DNA of 64,000 bases from Candidatus Saccharimonadia bacterium (GTDB taxonomy: Bacteria > Patescibacteriota > Saccharimonadia > UBA4664). Each line of letters opens with the position of its first letter. Positions within the stretch are counted from its first letter, which is position 1. The position numbers were made by a program, and so were the translations under genes. Where the stretch lies: NCBI GenBank assembly GCA_035544015.1, contig DATKIP010000076.1, positions 299 through 64,298 on the forward strand. The letters run 5' to 3'. The notes under the pieces were generated by a model. The model did not search any database. It was given only the letters and a program-made list of their open reading frames with translations, and was not told where the DNA came from. Below are positions 55,299 to 63,715 of the stretch, piece by piece.

Positions 55299-56299
55299 GT
55301 CACCGTCGTCTCATCATCATCGGCTCCGGTCCCGCCGGCCTCACTGCTGCCCTGTACGCTGCCCGCGGCAACCTCGAGCCCCTCGTGTTCGAGGGCGACA
55401 CGTCGGTGGCCAACGACTTGCCGGGCGGCCAGCTCATGTTTACCACCGAAATCGAAAACTTTCCCGGCGTACTCGGCCTGCAAGGCCCTGAGCTCATGGC
55501 CAAAATGCGCGAGCAAGCCATCAGTTTCGGCGCCGAAATCACCACCCTGCGCGTCACCAAAGTCGACTTCAGCCGCCGGCCGTTTCGAATGTGGGTGGGG
55601 GAGCGCGAATACACCGCCGACGCCGTCATAGCTTCCACCGGCGCCAAGCCGGTCATGCCGGGCCTGCCCCATGAATGGGAGCTCATGGGCCGCGGCGTCT
55701 CCGCCTGCGCTACCTGCGACGGCTTCTTTTTCCGCGGCAAAGACATCGCCGTGGTGGGTGGGGGAGACAGCGCCATGGAAGAAGCCATCTTCCTCACCAA
55801 TTTCGCGAGTTCCGTCACGGTCATTCACCGCCGCGACAAGCTGCGCGCCAGCCAGGTCATGCAAGACCGCGCCCGGGCCAATCCCAAGATCAAATTTTTG
55901 TGGAATACCCAAATCACCGAGCTCGAAGGCACCGAGCGGCTCATGGGCCTGGGCTTGCGCGACACTGTCACGGGCGACACTTCGCGCCGCGACATCGCCG
56001 GCCTGTTTATCGCCATCGGCCACCAGCCCAACTCCGAACTGTTCGCCGGCCAGCTCGACCTGCGCCCCGACGGCTATGTAGTCACCAGCGGCGTAGCCAC
56101 CAGCGTGCCGGGCGTGTTTGCCGCCGGCGACCTCCAGGACTCTCGTTACCGCCAGGCCGTTACTTCGGCTGGCACCGGCTGCATGGCTGCGCTTGATGCG
56201 CAGAAATTTCTCGAAGAGCATCCCGGCGAGAACGCCGTACCAGCCAAGCCTGCCGCCAAAGCTCTCGCCTCCGATTCCCCCAAAGCACCTACCCGCTAG
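55295..56299 (+). CDS. trxB: thioredoxin-disulfide reductase
   Basis: FAD motif GSGPAG, redox CATCDG, NADPH motif GGGDSAMEEA. Confidence 0.92.
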   Translation: MSHRRLIIIGSGPAGLTAALYAARGNLEPLVFEGDTSVANDLPGGQLMFTTEIENFPGVLGLQGPELMAKMREQAISFGAEITTLRVTKVDFSRRPFRMWVGEREYTADAVIASTGAKPVMPGLPHEWELMGRGVSACATCDGFFFRGKDIAVVGGGDSAMEEAIFLTNFASSVTVIHRRDKLRASQVMQDRARANPKIKFLWNTQITELEGTERLMGLGLRDTVTGDTSRRDIAGLFIAIGHQPNSELFAGQLDLRPDGYVVTSGVATSVPGVFAAGDLQDSRYRQAVTSAGTGCMAALDAQKFLEEHPGENAVPAKPAAKALASDSPKAPTR

Positions 56300-56549
56300 A
56301 TCAGCCCGCTCTTTCCGCGAAGGCATCGGCCAAGCCCCTAGCTAACCGTTATTTCTCGACCAATTTCGGCCTTGCTATGGCCGGCTCACCACGGCACCAG
56401 GCTTCTCCGATTATCCCGGGTAGATGCGCGTAGGAAATCGTGAATTCCTGTTTATTGGGAGGTCTCTCAACTACCGGTTTACTTGGGCGCAGTGTCCGTT
56501 TTTATTCCGATGATTGTTGCGTCTCGGTGTGCAATGCAAGAGCGAAACC

Positions 56550-56578
56550 TTGACAAAACATAAGAATTATAGTATACT
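56550..56578 (+). promoter_or_regulatory. consensus sigma70 promoter (TTGACA-17-TATACT)
   Basis: Perfect -35 and near-perfect -10 hexamers with a 17-bp spacer, about 60 nt upstream of a small ORF that has an AAGGAG RBS. Confidence 0.6.
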
Positions 56579-56637
56579 CATTCAGCCTAGTAAAAGGCAC
56601 CCGACAGAGTAGCCGATCGCAACCGAAGGAGCCGAAG

Positions 56638-56775
56638 ATGGACGATATCGTGAACGAATTCCTGCACGGGCCCGTAGCTACGCAGGCGGGAATCGCCGCC
56701 ATGATCATCGCTGCCCTCGTGGTGGTCTCCCTGATGGTCAAGTGGCTCATCGCGTACAACCGCGAAGACCGCTAG
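56638..56775 (+). CDS. small single-TM protein (45 aa)
   Basis: AAGGAG RBS 6 nt upstream. TM segment AGIAAMIIAALVVVSLMV. Below the ORF-track length cutoff. Confidence 0.5.
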   Translation: MDDIVNEFLHGPVATQAGIAAMIIAALVVVSLMVKWLIAYNREDR

Positions 56776-56930
56776 CCCAGCGCCCCCACCCCTTCTACCC
56801 GGCGACTACTCTGTCGCCAACCTGAGCCTTTAATGGCGTATTAAAATCTCGGGTTGGACTCAAAAAATCATATTGACCAAACAAAAACCGCACACTATCC
56901 TATGATAAAATTACCTCACAGGAGCTAGCC

Positions 56931-57200
56931 ATGACCACACCCGACCTCACCACTATCAGTACTGTCGCCTCCACCGTCGCCGTTGTGATGGGGGGATTCT
57001 TGTGGCTTGCCAGTCGCATTTTTGGTCTAGGTAAAAACGCCGAACGGCTCGACACCACCATTGAGCGGCTCGATTCCATCGAATCCGACATCGCCTCCCT
57101 CAAATCCGAAATGCGTACCGATATCAATGCCGTCCGCAACGACCTCAATCAGCGCATGGACAAGCTTATCCTCACCATTGCCGATTCTCGGAAGAAATAA
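56931..57200 (+). CDS. small N-terminal-TM coiled-coil protein (89 aa)
   Basis: AGGAGCTAGCC then ATG. TM segment, then ERLDTTIERLDSIESDIASLKSEMRTDINAVRNDLNQRMDKL. The 3' end overlaps murB convergently. Confidence 0.5.
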   Translation: MTTPDLTTISTVASTVAVVMGGFLWLASRIFGLGKNAERLDTTIERLDSIESDIASLKSEMRTDINAVRNDLNQRMDKLILTIADSRKK

Positions 57201-58221
57201 ACAGCGGCTCCGGCTCCAGCCTCACGCCAAATTTGTCATCCACCTTGGCCACGATAAACTCCACCAGTTTCACCAGGTCCGCGTACCCCGCGTGGTGCGG
57301 ATTAGTGATCACGAGGGCGTGGTCGGCATGCAGTCGCAGGCCAAAATATTCCGCGCCCTTCAGTCCGCATTGATCCAGCAGCCACCCCGCCGCCAACTTG
57401 TAGCCGTCGCCATATTCGTAGGCCGGCATATCCGGATATCGCCGCCGCAGCCGCTCCAGCACGTATGGCTCCACGATCGGATTCTTGAAAAACGATCCCG
57501 CATTTGGCACCACGCTCGGATCGGGCAAAATCTTCGACCGAACGCTCATCACCGCGCTCCGAATCTGCGCCAGTGTTGGGCGGGGCGTCTCATGCGCCTC
57601 CAAATACCGCTTGAGAGAGGCATACGTCGGTTCGGCCGGCGCTTTCTTCGAGAGCCGCAGCGTGATGCCCACAATTACGTACCGCCCCGCCAGTTCGTGC
57701 TTAAATGCGCTGTCGCGATACCCAAAACCGCAACTCCCGGGCGCCAACGTCACCACTCGGTGTTCCTGCCGGTCGTACGCCTCCACCAACACCAGGGTGT
57801 CGGCGATCTCCTGGCCGTAAGCCCCCGCGTTTTGCACCGGCGTAGCCCCGGCCGTCCCCGGTATCATCGACATCGCCTCGATGCCGGCCCAGCCGCGCTT
57901 CACCGCCCGGTCCACCACCCCATCCCAATGCTCACCGGCGCCGATCTCAACCGTGGCGCTCTCGTCATCCTCGGCCACCACCTCAAACCCTGGAATCTCC
58001 ACCTTGATCACGAGGCGGTGGAGGGGCTCGTCGCTCACGATCACATTGGACCCCTCGCCGAGCACCAGCACCTCCACGCCCTCGTCCTCGGCCCAAGCAC
58101 AGGCCTCCATCACCGTCGCCACATCGCCGGCCGGCACAAAATAATCGCACACCCCTCCCACCTGCATCGTGGTGTAGGGCGCCAGCTCCACGTGTTCCGC
58201 AATTGAAGCAGGCTTTGGCAT
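57172..58221 (-). CDS. murB: UDP-N-acetylenolpyruvoylglucosamine reductase MurB
   Basis: FAD-binding domain (APYTTMQVGG...VLGEGSNV) and a MurB C-terminal domain. Confidence 0.9.
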   Translation of the reverse strand: MPKPASIAEHVELAPYTTMQVGGVCDYFVPAGDVATVMEACAWAEDEGVEVLVLGEGSNVIVSDEPLHRLVIKVEIPGFEVVAEDDESATVEIGAGEHWDGVVDRAVKRGWAGIEAMSMIPGTAGATPVQNAGAYGQEIADTLVLVEAYDRQEHRVVTLAPGSCGFGYRDSAFKHELAGRYVIVGITLRLSKKAPAEPTYASLKRYLEAHETPRPTLAQIRSAVMSVRSKILPDPSVVPNAGSFFKNPIVEPYVLERLRRRYPDMPAYEYGDGYKLAAGWLLDQCGLKGAEYFGLRLHADHALVITNPHHAGYADLVKLVEFIVAKVDDKFGVRLEPEPLFISSENRQW

Positions 58222-58622
58222 CAGAGCGTCTGGCGCGCTTCGGTGAGCAAACCCAGCACCTTCACCAAATCCGCCGCCTCCTGCTCGGTCACGTCCTCGT
58301 CGGGCCGATCGGCAGCGTGCCCCGGCTGGTTGCCGAAGATCATGGCATTCTCGTACTTGGTCATCCGGTGATCGCTAAATATCTGATAACCCGTTTCTTG
58401 CACCCCGCCTTCAACGCGCTCGAGCACCTGTACCTTGATGCGCGGCACGGCGGTCTCCGCCACGTTGCAATGGGTCAGGTACACGAGCCGATTCTCGTTC
58501 GTCAGGTATTTCTTGGTCGCAATCGTCACCACCGGGTCCTGAAGCTTGTCGGCCAAGTACCAGTTCACGGTATTCTCAATATCATTTTTGGTGGCCTCGG
58601 AGGCCGGAGATTGACTGCTCAT
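58221..58622 (-). CDS. hypothetical protein co-transcribed with murB
   Basis: 134 aa. The start was reassigned to MSSQSPASE. No motif. Confidence 0.45.
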   Translation of the reverse strand: MSSQSPASEATKNDIENTVNWYLADKLQDPVVTIATKKYLTNENRLVYLTHCNVAETAVPRIKVQVLERVEGGVQETGYQIFSDHRMTKYENAMIFGNQPGHAADRPDEDVTEQEAADLVKVLGLLTEARQTL

Positions 58623-58740
58623 ATATTTAGCATAACCGACAATTTGACGGCCGTCCAAACGGGGCCGCATACTGAGAATATAATTAAAGTGAGCTTAAGC
58701 CCCATGGACAAGCAGCCGGCAATCTATATTTCCAATCCGT

Positions 58741-59357
58741 TTGAGCTCATCAAACCCTCGTTTCAAGCCTTTAAACTCGTTTGGTGATAGCGATTTTCCT
58801 GGGTGGCCCATCGGCGGGATACTCAGCGTCCTACTGGGCGTTCTGTTAGTTTTTTACGGCATCGGCTACTTTGGCTGGGCGATTACCAAGCTCACCATCG
58901 GTGCCGCCCGGGGCCGGCGGATGTCGTTATCGTGCCCGGCATTATCTTCACGGCCTGGTTCTCGCTGGCAGCCTATGTGATAGTCGAGGAGGGCGCGTGG
59001 GGCACTGCTGCGCTGCGTCGCTCGCGTGAGCTCGTCCGTGGCCGCACCTGGGACGTCATCGGCACCATGTTCCTGTCCTCGAGTCTCAGCGTTATCACGA
59101 TCGTCCCCGTCCTCGGTACGCTGGCATATCTGGCGCTCACCCTCGTCCTCACGCCCGTGTACGCCGTGCGCTACGTGCAGCTCGTAGAGCTCAAGAAGCT
59201 CCCCGACTGGGAGTCCACGCCCACCAGCCCCCTCAACTACCTCGCGCTCGCTGCCGGCCTCATCTTTACCGGCGTCACCTACAACAACGACTTCCAAAAA
59301 TCCCTCCACGACCTGCAGCAAAACTCATCAGTTGAGAAAAGTACCCAACCGTACTAA
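58741..59357 (+). pseudogene. membrane protein gene split across two frames (58741..58980 and 58803..59357): frameshift or sequencing error
   Basis: The N-terminal TM hairpin is encoded in one frame (GGILSVLLGVLLVFYGIGYFGWAI). The remaining TM helices are in the +1 frame with no independent start context. Confidence 0.35.
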
Positions 59358-59384
59358 GATAGCTCGAGTCCAATCTCTCGCTAC

Positions 59385-59460
59385 GCGCCTGTAGCTCAGG
59401 GGATAGAGCACCAGTTTCCGGTACTGGGTGTCGGGGGTTCGAATCCCTCCAGGCGCACCA
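59385..59460 (+). tRNA. tRNA-Arg (anticodon CCG)
   Basis: Acceptor GCGCCTG/CAGGCGC, anticodon arm CCAGT-TTCCGGT-ACTGG, T loop TTCGAAT, CCA encoded. Confidence 0.85.
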
Positions 59461-59525
59461 ATGTTCTTATTTCTGCCCGGCCAAATCGATATTGTAGTAC
59501 GGTAAATGTTCGGTATAATTGCCGC

Positions 59526-59956
59526 ATGACGTACAAAGATTTTGGTGGTTGGAGCGTCCAAAAACTGACTCTTGAGCAATCGACGAACGAGAGGTATTTC
59601 TACGAACGTGAGATATGGTGGGCCAGTATTGGTCACAATATGGCAGCGAAGAAGATGGTAAAGGCGCGAGTTATTCACGACCAGTCCTAGTTTTCAGAAA
59701 GTTCAACAAAGCACTGTTTTACGGCCTACCATTATCGACCACGACCCGATCGGGCAAATACTACTTCGGCATTACCACGTTAGGAATTGACGATAAGGTA
59801 TTGCTCACCCAAATGCGGGCATACGACGCGAAGCGGCTAATAAACAAAATCGGGATTATTACTCTCGAAGAACAAACAGCCATTAAGCGACAGTTCATTG
59901 CAATTATTCGTGATATTCGAAGAGAAAAAATTGAACCCCCGCTTGCGCAGGGGTGA
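59526..59956 (+). pseudogene. MazF/PemK-like toxin gene interrupted by a 1-nt frameshift near 59645
   Basis: Frame A encodes ...YEREIWWASIGHNM, then stops at 59688. The -1 frame continues as GSEEDGKGASYSRPVLVFRKFNK... Together they reconstitute the PemK signature (EIWW...G.E..G..RP.LV.S). No antitoxin ORF lies upstream. Confidence 0.4.
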
Positions 59957-60031
59957 GTCCGAAGACCATTTGTAAATCTATCCTACCGTCATGAGACTTA
60001 ATGGTCAAGTTTTAATGCCCCCGAGCCTCTT

Positions 60032-60799
60032 TTGTTCTGGTATTCTATATGCATGTTAATCACTTTTGTTGATTCGTTAGCCCGGCCGGCCGGTTCGCTA
60101 TGGCAGAGACTTCAGTCTAGCAGTCACGATGACACATTCAATGTTGCCTCTCCCTTGTCGAGTACGCCGTTTCCGATTTATCAATGGATTTTAGAAAACA
60201 GCGGGGATTTTACAAACTGGGATAAAACTAATTTGGTGCTTATGGATGAGCAGGTCGACGGCGATCAGCCACCATACCGTTATATTCCGTTGGAAGATCC
60301 GGCCAGCTATGAAGCGTTTGCTCGTCGCTCGCTGCTTGACCAACTATCCGAAAAAACTGGTGTCAGCATTGATGTCATCAAGCCTAGACTGGAAACCATC
60401 GATTCATTCAATACGAGAATCGACCTACTCGTACTGGCGCTGGGAATCGACGGCAACTATGCCAACGTAATGCCTGGTACGCCAGAGTCAGGCGGCTGGC
60501 ACATCGCGCACCTTACGCCGGCGTTCCGGCAAACACACACCAAAACAGGAAGCAAGTCCTACGAGAACGCCAAGTTTCGCGAATTTGGAATGTCACTCGG
60601 GCCGCAGCAAGTTCTCGAGGCGAAGAATGTCGTAGTTATCATCAGCGGCCCACAAAAACACGATCTAGCTACGCAACTGCTAGCTTATAGGGAGTTCGAC
60701 CCGACGTTCCCATTATCAATTATCTATCATCCCGAAGTGATTGATCGAGTGCAGATCTTTATTGCGAATGATGTTGGAATCGAAGGATCAAAATCCTGA
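60032..60799 (+). CDS. 6-phosphogluconolactonase / glucosamine-6-phosphate deaminase (NagB/Pgl) superfamily protein, divergent
   Basis: DLLVLALGIDGNYANVMPG parallels the DLxLLGxGxDGHTASLFP motif but has His->Asn and Thr->Tyr. A VVIISG motif lies downstream. Confidence 0.45.
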   Translation: MFWYSICMLITFVDSLARPAGSLWQRLQSSSHDDTFNVASPLSSTPFPIYQWILENSGDFTNWDKTNLVLMDEQVDGDQPPYRYIPLEDPASYEAFARRSLLDQLSEKTGVSIDVIKPRLETIDSFNTRIDLLVLALGIDGNYANVMPGTPESGGWHIAHLTPAFRQTHTKTGSKSYENAKFREFGMSLGPQQVLEAKNVVVIISGPQKHDLATQLLAYREFDPTFPLSIIYHPEVIDRVQIFIANDVGIEGSKS

Positions 60800-60824
60800 T
60801 TCGCTCAACGAAGGAATATTAATC

Positions 60825-61562
60825 ATGACCGATCCCGAACACTCAAAATCAGCCGAACTGCCGACGCCCCCCCCGCGCCCTAATCCCGAATACCTAGGGC
60901 CATCCGGCCTGGCCATTGAGCGGATTGAGCAAGCCCGGCTCTTTCCCAAAGAAAAAGTGGATCTTTTGCTGGTAGCTCTCGGTGAAAAACCAGCCACCCT
61001 ACATCGCTTATCATCCCCCGCCTGGGCTCCCGGCGAGACGCAGCAGGGCGTACCCGAAGACGAATTTCAGGCCTACATGACCGCCGCCGAGGCTACCGGT
61101 CTTGCCGTAGAGGTGGGTCCCGACCATGTAGTAAATCCTGCCGCTGAGTACATACGTGGCACCGACGGTGAAGTCGTATATCGACAAAACCCCAGCTATT
61201 GGGACGCCCGAGTTGCCGGGGGCGAGCAGGAAACCTGGCGCACCATTTTCGTGGCCCGCGACCAGCCAACGCTTGAATTCATCAAGGCCGCCGACGCCGC
61301 CAATGATGCTCGTGCGCTCGGCCAGGCCTACGGGTTCCCCGAAACCGCCACCGACGCCTATCTCGCCGGGCATATCGAGCATGCATCGGCCGTCGGCGAG
61401 AGCGACCCAGCCGTGCTGGCATTTGCGGCCTACGGCCTTTCGCCGGAACACGGCGCCGAAGAGCTGGCCGTGGCTCGCCGTTGGGCCGACGCCGTGCGCC
61501 AGGCCAGCCCCCGCATCGCCGACGAACTCATCAACTACGATCCCCGCACGTTCCGAAAATAA
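60825..61562 (+). CDS. hypothetical protein
   Basis: 245 aa acidic protein. The start was reassigned to MTDPEHSKS. No motif. Confidence 0.45.
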   Translation: MTDPEHSKSAELPTPPPRPNPEYLGPSGLAIERIEQARLFPKEKVDLLLVALGEKPATLHRLSSPAWAPGETQQGVPEDEFQAYMTAAEATGLAVEVGPDHVVNPAAEYIRGTDGEVVYRQNPSYWDARVAGGEQETWRTIFVARDQPTLEFIKAADAANDARALGQAYGFPETATDAYLAGHIEHASAVGESDPAVLAFAAYGLSPEHGAEELAVARRWADAVRQASPRIADELINYDPRTFRK

Positions 61563-61635
61563 ATCCCACCCCCTATCCATTTGCCGCGGTATATGCTATA
61601 AATTCCTAAGTTGCGCCGGATGCGCGAACCCGCGT

Positions 61636-61711
61636 GCGCTCGTAGCTCAGTGGATAGAGCACTAGGCTTCGAACCTAGGTGTCGGGGGTTCGAGTCCCTC
61701 CGAGCGCACCA
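61636..61711 (+). tRNA. tRNA-Arg (anticodon TCG)
   Basis: Acceptor GCGCTCG/CGAGCGC, anticodon arm CTAGG-CTTCGAA-CCTAG, CCA encoded. Confidence 0.85.
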
Positions 61712-61722
61712 GTTAACATTTT

Positions 61723-61799
61723 GGGCCATTAGCTCAGTTGGTTAGAGCAGCTGCCTCTTAAGCAGCGTGTCCTGGGTTCGAGTCCCAGATGGCCCTCCA
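61723..61799 (+). tRNA. tRNA-Lys (anticodon CTT)
   Basis: Acceptor GGGCCAT/ATGGCCC, anticodon arm GCTGC-CTCTTAA-GCAGC, T loop TTCGAGT, CCA encoded. Confidence 0.85.
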
Positions 61800-61835
61800 G
61801 GAATTATATTTTGGCTCTGCAAAGGCCTAAACATG

Positions 61836-61870
61836 TCCAACAAAAAGCCCTCAAAACGGGGCTTTTTGTT
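61836..61870 (+). terminator. rho-independent terminator after the tRNA pair
   Basis: aaagccctcaaaacggggcttttt: GC stem followed by a T-run. Confidence 0.6.
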
Positions 61871-61891
61871 TTTGTTATATATAGTGAGATC

Positions 61892-62242
61892 ATGACAGAA
61901 TCCGTAGACATCGCTAAACTCTACTTTGATCTTTCGAACAATAGCGACTTCGAGGGTATCAAAAAGCTCTTCACTGATACGACACAATACGTCTCGCAGA
62001 ATACGGGCCTCCACACTGGCCGTACCAAAATTATGGAAATGCAGCGAGTATTCCATGCCAAGTTTGCTAACCTGCATTGGCATGTTAATAATATCCAGGA
62101 AGTTAGGCGCGGAGTGATACTTGTTGATTATGATTTCACCGGAGTAACGTCAGGTGGCGAGAAAGTTGAAACCTCAGGTTTCGAATACGTCACTGTCCAA
62201 GATGACAAGATTGTGAAAATAGAAATAAAAAACAAATCCTAG
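61892..62242 (+). CDS. SnoaL/NTF2-like fold protein
   Basis: 116 aa with the pattern of a nuclear-transport-factor-2-like cone (LYFDLSNNSDFEGIKKLFTDTTQYV...). AT-rich codon usage. Confidence 0.45.
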   Translation: MTESVDIAKLYFDLSNNSDFEGIKKLFTDTTQYVSQNTGLHTGRTKIMEMQRVFHAKFANLHWHVNNIQEVRRGVILVDYDFTGVTSGGEKVETSGFEYVTVQDDKIVKIEIKNKS

Positions 62243-62552
62243 CTCATCAGGGCTATGCAAACGCAACAATATAAAGCTTGGTCGCGCATCGAACTTGAGT
62301 TGCAACAGCCAGCACGATAGCCCTCCATAGCGCTTATGCTTAGAAAAGACCCCAGTGGGTCTTTTCTTGTTATGACCGATTTATGAACAGCGGCCAGTCG
62401 TTTACATCTTATTGCTTGAGCGGGCAGAATATACCTAGCTGTGACTCATTCTATCTATTCCCAGATCCATGCCTATTTTCGGGAATTATTTTGTTATCTT
62501 ATCCCCATCTAGACTGGCCGTCAGCAGGTCGGCTCCATTATTAAGCGCCTAG

Positions 62553-63614
62553 CTATTGATCGCGCTGCCGCACAAACTCCAGGATGTCGTCTAGTGCGCG
62601 CTGCCCGTCGGCGGTATCGAGGTTGAACTGATATTCATGCGCAAGACTCGGCTGGTGATCGGCTGGATAAAACAGTGAGGTGACGGGTACGCCTAGTGCG
62701 GTCAGGCGTCCTGCCAGCGGTTTGGATTGATGATCAGTCAGCGGATCACCATTACCGCCGCTTATAAAAGTAGGCGGGAAGCTACCCGTGACGTGGTAAT
62801 AAGGAGAAAGCTGCCGGATGAGCGGTCCAGACTTGTCGGGTGATCCACTGAAGGCCCACACTACCCTATCATCCGCCCAGCTAATGATCCTAGGCAGCGA
62901 GGGGGCGGCCTCGGTGAGACCCTCCAATTGATAAATGCCACAAAATAGGATCACGCCCGCTAGCTGTTGCGGCGCAAGGGCGGGCCGTACTCCTACCTCT
63001 TGAGCATAGTCGGGGTTGGTAATGAGGGCGGCCATTTGACTGGATAGTTGAGCTCCGGCTGAGTCGCCGGCCAAGAAAATCTTGTTTGGATCAACGCGAA
63101 AACGCTTGGCGTTGGCCGCTACGTAAGCGTGAGCTGCATTTAACTCAAGAGTCTGAGTTGGCGATGATTTTTCCGGTGCCAAGCTATAATTGAGCGATAC
63201 CACCACCAGGTTGTGAGCGGCAATTGATTTAAAGTAAGGGGCGTCATTGGTTTTGTCACCCGACACCCATGCTCCACCATGCGTCCATATCACTACGGGC
63301 AAGAGTTGACTGCCTTGCTCGGCTGTTTGCGGGATATAGACATCAAGCAGCGCATTTTTGTCGCCGGCCTCGTATGGCTGATCCGATAAAACTGTGATAG
63401 GCGTAGTCGGAGTATATTTTTCGAGTCGGGTCAAAACCGCCTTATCGCTATGGTTAAAGATCGCACGCACCAGCAATGCACCCGGCCATGGATTTACTTG
63501 AAAGGCAATGTAGGCTAACAAAAAAACCAACAAAATACTAAAAGCTATGGCTAGTAGTCGTTTGCTCAACCGGCCCAAAAGGTCTCTAGATGATTTAGAT
63601 TTAACTTTTTTCAT
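62553..63614 (-). CDS. alpha/beta hydrolase-fold esterase/lipase (HSL/fold-3 type), secreted or membrane-anchored
   Basis: N-terminal TM/signal, oxyanion HGGAW motif, nucleophile elbow GDSAG, C-terminal His. The likely start is MKKVKSKSS. Confidence 0.8.
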   Translation of the reverse strand: MKKVKSKSSRDLLGRLSKRLLAIAFSILLVFLLAYIAFQVNPWPGALLVRAIFNHSDKAVLTRLEKYTPTTPITVLSDQPYEAGDKNALLDVYIPQTAEQGSQLLPVVIWTHGGAWVSGDKTNDAPYFKSIAAHNLVVVSLNYSLAPEKSSPTQTLELNAAHAYVAANAKRFRVDPNKIFLAGDSAGAQLSSQMAALITNPDYAQEVGVRPALAPQQLAGVILFCGIYQLEGLTEAAPSLPRIISWADDRVVWAFSGSPDKSGPLIRQLSPYYHVTGSFPPTFISGGNGDPLTDHQSKPLAGRLTALGVPVTSLFYPADHQPSLAHEYQFNLDTADGQRALDDILEFVRQRDQ

Positions 63615-63715
63615 CGCGTATGAATATACGTAATTGTACAAGAATGCGCATCGTATTGGCATGCCGAATCTCAGGGGCAACAGCCGGCACGATTCTTTAT
63701 CTCATTTGCTATACT

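Noticed and set aside
54962-56326. 454-aa minus-strand ORF antisense to trxA/trxB
   Set aside because: No motifs. TrxA and TrxB redox motifs are unambiguous on the plus strand.
57061-58206. 381-aa plus-strand ORF antisense to murB, and similar antisense ORFs inside nrdJ (52158..52832, 53439..54374)
   Set aside because: GC-driven open frames opposite well-supported genes.
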